Shown here: positions 55,912 through 64,000 of the stretch, one piece after another | How the letters are laid out: each line of letters begins with the position of its first letter | Position numbering within the stretch: position 1 is the first letter of the stretch | Origin: Sphingomonadales bacterium | GTDB taxonomy: Bacteria > Pseudomonadota > Alphaproteobacteria > Sphingomonadales > Sphingomonadaceae | Assembly (NCBI GenBank): GCA_031409315.1 | Contig: JANNWX010000099.1 | Location: 3,254 to 67,253 of the forward strand | Direction: 5' to 3' | Length of the DNA stretch: 64,000 bases | Notes under the pieces: generated by a model | What the model was told of the DNA's origin: nothing | Database searches by the model: none | The model's input: the letters and a program-made list of their open reading frames with translations, nothing else | Program-made: the position numbers and the translations under genes

Positions 55912-56395
55912 AAAAGGGAACGTCGTCGTCGAGATCGCTATCAAATGGGCCTGACCCAGCAGATTTGCCACCACCAAAATTGCTGGCCCCGGCATCTCCG
56001 CCCCAGTCGCGCGATGCAGCGCCGCCGCCTGAACCGCCGCCATCACGGCTGCCCAGCAGAACCAGTTCGCCGCGGAACCGTTGCAACACGATTTCGGTCG
56101 TATAGCGATCAGCGCCGCCCTGATCGGTCCATTTGCGGGTCTGCACCTGTCCTTCGAGATAAACGCTGGAGCCTTTGCGCAGATATTGTTTGGCAACCCG
56201 CCCAAGATTTTCGTTGAAAATCACGACATTGTGCCACTCGGTCTTTTCCTTGCGGTCACCCGACGCCTTGTCGGTCCAGTTTTCCGATGTCGCCACCGAA
56301 AAACTGACGACTTCGCCGCCATTGTTCATGCTTCTCGCTTCGGGATCTTTGCCCAAATTTCCGACCAGAATGACCTTGTTGACGCTCCCCGCCAT
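55910..56395 (-). CDS. ssb: Single-stranded DNA-binding protein
   Basis: [19 protein letters not shown]...TEWHNVVIF...Gly-rich tail...DDDVPF. Confidence 0.95.
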   Translation of the reverse strand: MAGSVNKVILVGNLGKDPEARSMNNGGEVVSFSVATSENWTDKASGDRKEKTEWHNVVIFNENLGRVAKQYLRKGSSVYLEGQVQTRKWTDQGGADRYTTEIVLQRFRGELVLLGSRDGGGSGGGAASRDWGGDAGASNFGGGKSAGSGPFDSDLDDDVPF

Positions 56396-56404
56396 AAACC
56401 CCCC

Positions 56405-58264
56405 TTACAAACCGAAATAGATTGATAGCCAATATGTAACGCCTGCCGCCACATAAGCCAGCACGAACAGGTATATGACCATGAATATAGGCCATTTCCA
56501 GCCATTGGTTTCACGTTTGACCACGGCGATTGTCGATATGCACTGCGGGGCAAAGACAAACCAGGCAAGGAAAGCCAGCGCCGTGGGCAATGACCAGCCG
56601 ACCCGCAGCCGTTCGACCAGTGTCTGGTCTCTGGCACTGTCATCGCCATTGGACTGTATGGCATAAGTTGTGGCAAGGGCCGACACCGCAACTTCTCGCG
56701 CGGCCATCGCGGGGATAAGCGCAAAGGCAATGTCGCGGTTGAACCCGATCGGGGCAAGAACCGGTTCAAGTCCGTTGGCAATATGCCCGGCAATCGACAC
56801 ATCAATCTGGCTTTTGCCGCTGTTTGGCGCGGCCTGTGGAAAGCTGAGCAGCGCCCAAAGGATGATCGTCGTGACAGCGATGATCGTCCCCGCCCGTTTG
56901 AGAAATATCGCGGCGCGCTGCCACAGCCCAAGGAAAAGATCATGCAGTCCGGGCAGTTGGTATCGCGGCATTTCCATCATGAAACCAAGCCCCCGGCCCT
57001 TCGTGACGCTGCGCCTCAAAACAAGGGCGACAATCATCGCGCCTGCAATCCCGGCCAGATAGAGGCAGAACAGCACCAGCCCTTGCAAGCCGATGCCCGG
57101 ACCAACGCGCACCGGCGGGATGAAGGCAGCAATAATAACGGCATAAACGGGCAGCCGGGCAGAACAGGTCATCAGTGGCGCAATCAGGATCGTCGTCAGC
57201 CGATCCTTGGGGTCTTCAATCGTCCGGGTTGCCATGATGCCGGGAATGGCACAGGCAAAAGACGACAATAGCGGAATGAACGCGCGGCCAGACAGGCCGA
57301 CACGGGCCATCATCCTGTCCATCAGGAATGCCGCACGCACCATATATCCGGTCATTTCGAGGATCAAAATGAAGGCAAACAAGATCAGGATTTGTGGCAG
57401 GAACACCACGACAGCGCCAACGCCTGCAATGACCCCGTCGTTGATCAACGACCGAAGCCAGCCGTCAGGAATAGTCTGTGTGGCGAAATCCTGAAGGGCT
57501 GCAATGCCGACCTCGATGATGGCGACCGGCGCTTGGGCCCAGGCAAAAACCGCTTGAAACATCACGAACAGCAAGGCCGCAAGAATGAACGGCCCGGCAA
57601 CCGGGTTCAAAACGACATCGTCAATACGTCTGGTCCACAGGCTGGCTGGGCGTTCGGAAATTATGACCGCATCGGCAATTTCTCTTGCGCGGGCGCGGCG
57701 TTCGGATGCATCACCGACAGGAACAGTGTCTACGCTGTGCGGCTGGGTGGTTGCAACAAGGCTGGTCAGGGCCGTTTTCAATAGGTCGATACCGCGTTTG
57801 CGCACCGCAACGGTTGGTACCACCGGTACCCCCAATGCGCGCGACAGAATTTCCGGATCGAGCGTCAACCCGTCACGCTGCGCCAGATCAACCATGTTGA
57901 GCGCAACCACCGTCGGCAGACCAAGGGCAATCAATTCGAGGGCAAAGCGCAGATGATTATCGAGATTGGCGGCATCGACGACGACGATGATCGCCGAAAT
58001 GACGCGCTCCCCAGTTTGGTGGCCGGTCACGACATCGCGGGTTACCTCTTCATCCGGGCTTGATGGATCTAGGCTATAGGTGCCAGGCAGATCAACCAGT
58101 TCGACCGGGCGACCATCGTCCAGCGCGAGTCGCCCAGCGTGCCTTTCAACAGTGACCCCTGGATAATTACCGGTTTTTTGCCGTGACCCGGTGAGCGCAT
58201 TGAAAAGGGCGCTTTTCCCGGCATTGGGATTGCCAACCAGAGCAACAAGCGGGAGTGTCGTCAC
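56405..58264 (-). CDS. feoB: Ferrous iron transporter FeoB
   Basis: VALVGNPNAGKSALFNALTG G-domain plus a polytopic C-terminal domain. Confidence 0.95.
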   Translation of the reverse strand: MTTLPLVALVGNPNAGKSALFNALTGSRQKTGNYPGVTVERHAGRLALDDGRPVELVDLPGTYSLDPSSPDEEVTRDVVTGHQTGERVISAIIVVVDAANLDNHLRFALELIALGLPTVVALNMVDLAQRDGLTLDPEILSRALGVPVVPTVAVRKRGIDLLKTALTSLVATTQPHSVDTVPVGDASERRARAREIADAVIISERPASLWTRRIDDVVLNPVAGPFILAALLFVMFQAVFAWAQAPVAIIEVGIAALQDFATQTIPDGWLRSLINDGVIAGVGAVVVFLPQILILFAFILILEMTGYMVRAAFLMDRMMARVGLSGRAFIPLLSSFACAIPGIMATRTIEDPKDRLTTILIAPLMTCSARLPVYAVIIAAFIPPVRVGPGIGLQGLVLFCLYLAGIAGAMIVALVLRRSVTKGRGLGFMMEMPRYQLPGLHDLFLGLWQRAAIFLKRAGTIIAVTTIILWALLSFPQAAPNSGKSQIDVSIAGHIANGLEPVLAPIGFNRDIAFALIPAMAAREVAVSALATTYAIQSNGDDSARDQTLVERLRVGWSLPTALAFLAWFVFAPQCISTIAVVKRETNGWKWPIFMVIYLFVLAYVAAGVTYWLSIYFGL

Positions 58265-58512
58265 GGGGCAATCTGCATCGCGGAGGCGTGCTGACGACGG
58301 ATGGCCACCGTCATCCGACCTATTTTGACCGCAATCGGATCATGGACAACCAAACCTGCCTTATGCAGAATCACGACATGAGCACCCTCGTCAAAGCCAA
58401 GTTCTCGCAGGCGGCGCGATTCCCGCGCATCGAGCGCCGCCCAGTCGATCCGGCCAAGGGTCGCGGGGTGATCGGTAGGTAATTGATCAAGCGTCACGCA
58501 GCGGGCGACCAT
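58261..58512 (-). CDS. feoA: FeoA family protein
   Basis: 83 aa, SH3-like FeoA pattern (LDQLP.....L..ID.......RLRELGF.EG..V), with a 4-nt overlap with feoB. Confidence 0.85.
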   Translation of the reverse strand: MVARCVTLDQLPTDHPATLGRIDWAALDARESRRLRELGFDEGAHVVILHKAGLVVHDPIAVKIGRMTVAIRRQHASAMQIAP

Positions 58513-58529
58513 TCAGCAGCAAGTTCATT

Positions 58530-58548
58530 GCGACTGATTATCAATAAC
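58530..58548 (-). promoter_or_regulatory. Candidate Fur box upstream of feoA
   Basis: Minus strand gttATTGATAATCAGTcgc matches about 14/19 of GATAATGATAATCATTATC (11/13 in the core). It lies 18-36 nt upstream of the feoA ATG. Confidence 0.5.
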
Positions 58549-58558
58549 ATGCGTGGAA

Positions 58559-58619
58559 TGCTAGGCCCTGAATGCTGGACCCTGCCCCATTTTGAGTGAA
58601 TCAAAATGAAACAGGGTTC
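58559..58619 (+). repeat. Partial copy of family A repeat (second-hairpin module only)
   Basis: taggccct...ccccattttgagtgaatcaaaatgaaacagggt aligns with the 3' halves of 38244-38344 and 50615-50715. Confidence 0.7.
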
Positions 58620-58639
58620 AAAACACTGGCAGAAAAACT

Positions 58640-59278
58640 CTAGCGATAAAAGACGTGATTGCCGACCGAGGCAACCCGGCGCATTTTCCAGCGCGGGGAC
58701 ACATGCCGCGCATGAAAGAAAAGCGCGTTGGACACGCTGGAATCCCAAAGTTCCTGTTGCGCAATATGGCCAATGGCGACAGCCGTTTTCCACATCGCAC
58801 TAGCGCGCGGAACGGCGGGAAGTGTGCCGCCGCGGACAAAAGAAAATTGTCCGCGCTGCATGACCACAGAACAGACTGACGATGGAAACCGCCCTGATTC
58901 TGTGCGGTTCAAAACAGTCCGTGCGACGGCGAGTTGCCCGTCAAGCGGCTCACCCTTCGATTCAAAATAGACAGCAACGGCAAGACATTCGGCCTCGCGG
59001 TTCGCGGTTTGCGATGATCGGTGGCGCGCCACCAGATCAGACAGCGAGCGTGCCTGATCTTCAACTTGTGTGTCCTGATCGTCGATCGGCTGGATCGCCA
59101 TATCCGATTCGCTTTGTGCGGCCTCGATAACGTCGCTCGGGACGAGATCGGCATCAGCGGATGTTTCGGAGGGAGCATCGCTGGCCCAAACGGCGGCAGC
59201 GGGTCCATAAGCCCCAAAAAGGGCCAAAGTGCAAAACGACAACGCGGTTGTTGTCGCGGTTAAAAATTTACGGCTCAT
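58640..59278 (-). CDS. SleB-like cell wall hydrolase
   Basis: Signal peptide. ECLAVAVYFESKGEPLDGQLAVARTVLNR...SVCSVVMQRGQFSF. Confidence 0.8.
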   Translation of the reverse strand: MSRKFLTATTTALSFCTLALFGAYGPAAAVWASDAPSETSADADLVPSDVIEAAQSESDMAIQPIDDQDTQVEDQARSLSDLVARHRSSQTANREAECLAVAVYFESKGEPLDGQLAVARTVLNRTESGRFPSSVCSVVMQRGQFSFVRGGTLPAVPRASAMWKTAVAIGHIAQQELWDSSVSNALFFHARHVSPRWKMRRVASVGNHVFYR

Positions 59279-59440
59279 TCTATCTTCAAAATATGCAGAA
59301 ACGCGATCCTGACATCACCCATATACCGGGGTGATGCGATCCCGCCTCCGTCTGCGTTCGTATCCAGAGCCCAAAACGCGGGTGGCGATACGGCGACGCC
59401 TTTTCAATGCGCCGACTATTCATTGTGCAGCGCAGCAAAG

Positions 59441-59758
59441 TCAACCCACGGCATTCATTTCAGCGATGAACCGTGCCGCGTCCGGGATATCCAGTTCAAT
59501 GATCCACAAATCAGGGTCGCGTTGTCGCTTGCGGAAGAGAAAGTTTTCAAATTTCTCTTTATCTTCAATGAGTTGTATCGCTGTTGCCGTCCAAACATAG
59601 CTGTCTGATGGGCCCAGAATCCGTTCAAAAACGCCGGTAATCCGTCCTTTTTCCATCGCAATAACCAGGATTGATCCAGCCGAAGCGTCTCCCTTGGCAA
59701 GCACCATCGCCGCACCGCCGACGAGATTGGCCTGCCGGATCAGCGCGCTTGTCACCAA
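59441..59758 (-). CDS. DUF1491 family protein
   Basis: LVTSALIRQANLVGGAAMVLAKGD...RDPDLWIIELD. Confidence 0.7.
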   Translation of the reverse strand: MVTSALIRQANLVGGAAMVLAKGDASAGSILVIAMEKGRITGVFERILGPSDSYVWTATAIQLIEDKEKFENFLFRKRQRDPDLWIIELDIPDAARFIAEMNAVG

Positions 59759-59785
59759 GGCGCTGGTTAGGCGCAGGATGCGGCC

Positions 59786-60253
59786 TTACGCGGCGTCACG
59801 CGCATCAACAGACGCAAAGAGCGCGAAAATGGCGTCCGCTGATCCCGCGCCGCGCAATTTGGCAACAAACGCGCGATCGCGCAGCCAACGACTGGCCTGA
59901 GCAAGGGCTTTTAGATGTTCGGACCCGGCATCAGGCGGCGACAACAGGCAGAAAACCAGATCAACCGGGAGATCATCGACCGATTTGAAGTCGACAGGTT
60001 CTGACAAGTGGGCAAACAAGCCGACGACATGGCCAAGGCCCTCAACCTTGCCGTGCGGAATGGCAACACCGCCGCCAAAACCGGTTGAACCCAGCCGTTC
60101 TCGTTCGGTCAGCCGTTCCACCACCATTGCGGCTGATAAGCCATATTCGCGCTCAGCAACATGACCGAAATGTGCAAACAACGCCTTGGTCGACGAAATT
60201 TGCAACCCCGCCGACACGGCACCCGCCCCCAGTAACTCCCGTATTGACGTCAT
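59786..60253 (-). CDS. ptsN: PTS IIA-like nitrogen regulatory protein PtsN
   Basis: ERERLGSTGFGGGVAIPHGK with the phosphorylatable His context. Confidence 0.85.
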   Translation of the reverse strand: MTSIRELLGAGAVSAGLQISSTKALFAHFGHVAEREYGLSAAMVVERLTERERLGSTGFGGGVAIPHGKVEGLGHVVGLFAHLSEPVDFKSVDDLPVDLVFCLLSPPDAGSEHLKALAQASRWLRDRAFVAKLRGAGSADAIFALFASVDARDAA

Positions 60254-60335
60254 CTTGCATTCCCAATCATTTGGCCAAACCCTCCGGCCCGTTCCTCTGA
60301 CGATGTGCGCACATCGCCCCGTTCATTTGGGCCAA

Positions 60336-60908
60336 TCACGCCTGCGGTTCGACCCAGCCGATCGTCCCGTCGCCGCGACGATAGACCATATTGTGGGCAC
60401 CGCTCGCCAGATTTCGGAACAACAACGCATTGGTGTTGCGCAAATCAAGCATCATCACGGCATCTGAAACCGTGGCATCGGGCACATCGACCTTCGTTTC
60501 GGCTATGACCGGCGGGTTATCTGCCGCTTCTTCTTCGGTGTCGCCTGCGTCAAAAACAACATATTTGGCGTCAGGATCAAAATCCGCAGCCCCACCGCCG
60601 CCGTGATGATCCTTGATCCGACGTTTGTATCGGCGCAGTTGCTTTTCGATCTTGTCGGAAGCTTCATCAAAGGCCAGGTGCGCATCCATTGCCCGCCCGC
60701 TGCCTTTTAGGACAACGCCTTGCATGACGTGGGCAATGATGTCGCACGCAAAACCGTGGTCATGGGGGCCTTTGCCAAATGTGACATGAGCAGAATGGGC
60801 GCGCGAAAAATATTTGTCGGCAATCCCCTGCAACCGTTTGGTCACATGTTGTTTCAGTGCGTCACCGGTGTCGACTTGATGCCCCGAAACACGAATTTCC
60901 ATAATCAT
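60336..60908 (-). CDS. hpf: Ribosome hibernation promoting factor (long HPF)
   Basis: MEIRVSGHQVDTGDALKQHV...KIEKQLRRYKRR...MMLDLRNTNALLFRN. Confidence 0.9.
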   Translation of the reverse strand: MIMEIRVSGHQVDTGDALKQHVTKRLQGIADKYFSRAHSAHVTFGKGPHDHGFACDIIAHVMQGVVLKGSGRAMDAHLAFDEASDKIEKQLRRYKRRIKDHHGGGGAADFDPDAKYVVFDAGDTEEEAADNPPVIAETKVDVPDATVSDAVMMLDLRNTNALLFRNLASGAHNMVYRRGDGTIGWVEPQA

Positions 60909-60932
60909 CCTCCAAACAAAGCGGACGCGCCC

Positions 60933-61682
60933 TTAGGCTTGAGGCGGATGCGCGTCAATCACCACCACTTCAGCCAATGTTGCACAATCCGCCCAAAGCG
61001 GATCAATCAGGCCGTCCACAAAGGCGCGGTGACGCGCCAATTCTGCCTCGGTGGCAGCGTGCGGCCTAAAATAGCGAGGGGTTTTTCCAAGCGCGCCACC
61101 ACGCGGCGCGAAAATCGCCGCCGAGGTTAGCGCCGGACCGTCCTGATCCCCGGTCAGTTCAAGGCCGATTTGCCGACCGCCGGTTAATTCGACGTAGAGT
61201 TGCGCCAGCAATTGCGCGTCAAGCAAAGCGCCGTGTTTCACCCGGTGGCTGCGGTCAATACCGTACCGCGTGCACAGCGCATCAAGACTGTGCTTGGCAC
61301 CCGGGTGCCGGACCCGCGCCATCGCCAATGTATCAATCATCCGGGATGTCGGAATGTTGAGGCGACCGCAGGCCCCCAATTCATGATTGAGGAAGGAAAA
61401 ATCGAAACTGGCTTTGTGCGCGACCAAGGGGCTGTCGCCCAAAAAGTCGAGCAGTTCTTCAACTTTATCCGCAAACAAGGGTTTGTCGGATAGAAAAGTG
61501 TCGGACAGGCCGTGAATCGATTGGGCCACAGGATCCATCGGCCGTTCAGGATTAAAATAACAATGATAGACGCACCCGGTTTCGGTGCGGTTGACCAGTT
61601 CGATACACCCGATTTCAACCAGCCGGTCCCCGCCTGCGGCACTGAGGCCGGTTGTTTCGGTATCAAAAACGACTTCACGCAT
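60933..61682 (-). CDS. dnaQ: DNA polymerase III subunit epsilon
   Basis: REVVFDTETTGL (ExoI), VAHKASFDFSFLNHEL (ExoII), HGALLDAQLLAQLY (ExoIII). Confidence 0.95.
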   Translation of the reverse strand: MREVVFDTETTGLSAAGGDRLVEIGCIELVNRTETGCVYHCYFNPERPMDPVAQSIHGLSDTFLSDKPLFADKVEELLDFLGDSPLVAHKASFDFSFLNHELGACGRLNIPTSRMIDTLAMARVRHPGAKHSLDALCTRYGIDRSHRVKHGALLDAQLLAQLYVELTGGRQIGLELTGDQDGPALTSAAIFAPRGGALGKTPRYFRPHAATEAELARHRAFVDGLIDPLWADCATLAEVVVIDAHPPQA

Positions 61683-61692
61683 GTTGGAAGCC

Positions 61693-62286
61693 TTATCCGC
61701 TCTTTCTCGCCCTGAGGCAAGCGATCAGGTGACGCACCGCTGCGCGCGTTTCATGGCGCAAGCAGCCGGTTTCAATCACATGGTCGGCACGCCTGCGTTT
61801 TTCGTGATCGGGCATTTGCAGCGCCTTGATCCGCTTGAACTTGCCGCCTGACATGCCGGGGCGCGCAAGCACCCGTTTACGCTGAACCCAGACCGGTGCC
61901 GATACCACGACCACCAGATCGGCTTGCCTGACACCATTCTTTTCAAACAGCAGCGGAATATCGAGGACAACCATCTTGTGCGCACGGTTTTTGCGCAGGA
62001 ATTTCTGGCGGGCCAAGTAAACCGCAGGGTGCACAATATGCTCTAGCGCGCGTAGTGCGTCGGGCTTACCAAAAACGGCCGCACCCAGCGTCTGTCGGTC
62101 AACACCATTTGGCCCGGTCGTTCCGGGAAAGCGCGCCTCGATGGCTGGCACCAAGGAACCGTCCGGCCCTTGCAGGCGGTGCACCTCGGCATCGGCATCA
62201 AAAACCGGCACGCCCTGCTGGGCAAACATGGCCGCCACGGCGGATTTGCCCATACCGATTGACCCGGTAAGGCCAATCCGGATCAT
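61693..62286 (-). CDS. coaE: Dephospho-CoA kinase
   Basis: IGLTGSIGMGKS P-loop. Confidence 0.9.
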   Translation of the reverse strand: MIRIGLTGSIGMGKSAVAAMFAQQGVPVFDADAEVHRLQGPDGSLVPAIEARFPGTTGPNGVDRQTLGAAVFGKPDALRALEHIVHPAVYLARQKFLRKNRAHKMVVLDIPLLFEKNGVRQADLVVVVSAPVWVQRKRVLARPGMSGGKFKRIKALQMPDHEKRRRADHVIETGCLRHETRAAVRHLIACLRARKSG

Positions 62287-63095
62287 CGGGTCAAAAGCGC
62301 GCGTAGCGCACCGTCCTCGCCGTCTGGCGGCGGCGCACCGAAGAAAAGTTCAAACGCTATTGCCGCCTGACCGATCAGCATGTGAAGGCCGTCAACCGTT
62401 GCAAGCCCACGGCGGGCGGCGGCCGCAAGCAATGGCGTTTCAAGCGGCGCATAAACAATATCATAAACCAGTGCGTCGGCGGGCAGCGGGGCAAGGTCGA
62501 TGCTGAGCGGCGGTTGCCCAATCATTCCGAGTGGACTGGCGTTGACGACAAGGAGAGCGGGGGGAAGGGGCGCATCCAGCGGTTTTGCCTCCCCCTTCAA
62601 CCCGAACCGCGCCAGCAAGACAGCTGCCTTCAACGCATTGCGGGCCAGGATCGTAACTGGCCCACAGCCAATCTTTGATAATGCGAACAAAATGGCATGC
62701 GCGGCCCCACCTGATCCGATGACAACGACTGGTGCCGTGCCGAGCGGCAAATCAAGGATCGGGGCCATGAACCCGCCTGCGTCGGTATTGGTGCCAATCA
62801 ATCCGCCGGCTTCGCTGCGTAAAATGGTGTTCATCGCCCCAATTGACGCGCGCACATCACCGGGATCGTCAACATGATCCATGACCGCCAATTTGTGGGG
62901 GATGGTGACATTGCATCCGCGCCAATTGGCGTCGGTGCGCCGGTCCGCAATATAATCGGCCAGACCCTCTGCGCGCACATGACAGGCACGGTATTGGGCA
63001 TCAATACCCAGCTTTTCCAACCAGAAATTGTGGATCAACGGTGATTTTGACTGGCTAATCGGATCGCCAATCACCTCTGCATAGGGCCGCGTCAT
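62283..63095 (-). CDS. aroE: Shikimate dehydrogenase
   Basis: VIGDPISQSKSPLIHN, NVTIPHK, GSGGAA. The ATG at 63095 overlaps the maf stop (ATGA). Confidence 0.9.
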   Translation of the reverse strand: MTRPYAEVIGDPISQSKSPLIHNFWLEKLGIDAQYRACHVRAEGLADYIADRRTDANWRGCNVTIPHKLAVMDHVDDPGDVRASIGAMNTILRSEAGGLIGTNTDAGGFMAPILDLPLGTAPVVVIGSGGAAHAILFALSKIGCGPVTILARNALKAAVLLARFGLKGEAKPLDAPLPPALLVVNASPLGMIGQPPLSIDLAPLPADALVYDIVYAPLETPLLAAAARRGLATVDGLHMLIGQAAIAFELFFGAPPPDGEDGALRALLTR

Positions 63096-63682
63096 GAAAC
63101 GAACCCGTGCGAAAGACCGCGCAGTGCTGACACTATCTTTAACAAAGGCATCCCCAAAATCGTGAAATGATCGCCCGCGACAGTTTCGAACAAATGCACG
63201 CCGCGCCCCTCTATCCGAAAACAGCCAACACAACCCGAAATGGCGGGCCATTCAAGGTCCAGATAGGCCGCGACAAATGCATCCGACAAGGGCCGGACGA
63301 CAAGCCGGGCCTCGTCAACGATCTCGCTTTCGACAACCCCCGCCCGAACCAGCGCAGCGGCGCTGACCAAGACCATCTTCTGCCCCGAAAAAGCGCGCAG
63401 ATGGGCTTCTGCCTCGGCGCGCGAGCGCGGTTTATCAAACATGCGCCCGTTCACGCTGACGACCGAATCGCACCCCAACACCAAAGCGTCCGGCTTGACG
63501 CGCGAGACGTTGAGCGCCTTTTTCAGGGCAAGTGCAGCCGCCATATCGCTTGGCGAAGCACCAGAAAGATCACGTTTGAGTGCCTGTTCATCCACGTTCG
63601 CGGGTAAAGACTCAAACGCGATTCCGGCTGCTTCCAGCATTGCCATGCGCGATGCGCTTTTTGAGGCGAGGATCAGCGTCAC
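63092..63682 (-). CDS. maf: Maf-like nucleoside triphosphate pyrophosphatase
   Basis: LILASKSASRMAMLEAAGI...GCDSVV...GCVGCFRIEG. Confidence 0.9.
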   Translation of the reverse strand: MTLILASKSASRMAMLEAAGIAFESLPANVDEQALKRDLSGASPSDMAAALALKKALNVSRVKPDALVLGCDSVVSVNGRMFDKPRSRAEAEAHLRAFSGQKMVLVSAAALVRAGVVESEIVDEARLVVRPLSDAFVAAYLDLEWPAISGCVGCFRIEGRGVHLFETVAGDHFTILGMPLLKIVSALRGLSHGFVS

Positions 63683-64000
63683 GTGGCGGCAGCCGCACGT
63701 TCATTATGCAGGTTGATAATCGCCGCTGATGCTTCTTCAATGGACCGGCGGGTCATATCGATGACCGGCCAATCATTGTCGGCAAACATCCGCCGCGCAT
63801 AGGCGAGTTCACGCGTGACCGCCTCCTGATCAACATAATCGGTGTCCGGGGCCTGATTAAGCGACAGCAAACGGTTACGCCGAATCTGCACCAGCCGGTC
63901 TGCATTGGTCACCAATCCCACAACCAATGGTTTTTTGAGGGTGAACAGGCTTGGCGGCGGCGGCGATTCAACAACAATGGGGATGTTCGCAGTTTTATAG
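63679..64000 (-). CDS. Pyruvate,phosphate dikinase/PEP synthase regulatory protein (PpsR/DUF299), 5' end beyond the window
   Basis: Own translation upstream of the track ORF gives KTANIPIVVESPPPPSLFTLKKPLVVGLVTNADRLVQIRRNRL, typical of this kinase/pyrophosphorylase family. The frame is open to the window edge. Confidence 0.8.
   Translation of the reverse strand, partial: YKTANIPIVVESPPPPSLFTLKKPLVVGLVTNADRLVQIRRNRLLSLNQAPDTDYVDQEAVTRELAYARRMFADNDWPVIDMTRRSIEEASAAIINLHNERAAAAT

Noticed and set aside
56396-56480. Possible alphaproteobacterial SOS box (GAAC-N7-GAAC) upstream of ssb
   Set aside because: The best candidate, GAACaggtataTGAC, has two mismatches in the second half-site and lies inside the feoB coding sequence. 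That is not convincing.
59311-59336. Hairpin catcaccc-atatacc-ggggtgatg upstream of the SleB-like hydrolase gene
   Set aside because: It is a single 8-bp stem with no T-run, no second copy in the window and no recognisable motif. That is insufficient to call a regulatory element.

Overview
High-GC alphaproteobacterial chromosome; gene content and order suggest Sphingomonadaceae, which is an inference. The window has two parts.

**1-12.5 kb: right-hand part of an integrated temperate phage.**
- It contains a divergent cI(S24)/cro switch and leftward and rightward early operons.
- Accessory genes include a hicAB pair and a zinc-ribbon/TM/OB-fold gene next to cI.
- The phage C5-methyltransferase gene is interrupted by an HNH homing-endonuclease cassette.
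- A large serine recombinase ORF terminates inside tRNA-Gly(GCC).

**12.5-64 kb: mostly housekeeping core genome.** Recognised genes include gltX, nadE, prs, rpmI-rplT, pheST, metXW, hisC, ftsEX, a PBP1, feoAB, ssb, ptsN-hpf and dnaQ-coaE-aroE-maf. Several non-core items are embedded in it:
1. A four-gene operon with two DUF4402-like secreted subunits, a PapD-like chaperone and a 900-aa usher-like protein. I consider this the best candidate for an undescribed surface-fibre system.
2. A divergent type III PKS-methyltransferase-flavoprotein cluster.
3. A low-GC GIY-YIG nuclease gene bounded by 24-27 bp hairpin inverted repeats, lying between rplT and pheS.
4. Two related families of ~100-bp double-hairpin intergenic repeats. 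They sit at gene 3' ends and supply stop codons to neighbouring genes.

No CRISPR array or rRNA was seen. All protein calls rest on motif recognition by eye; no database search was possible.
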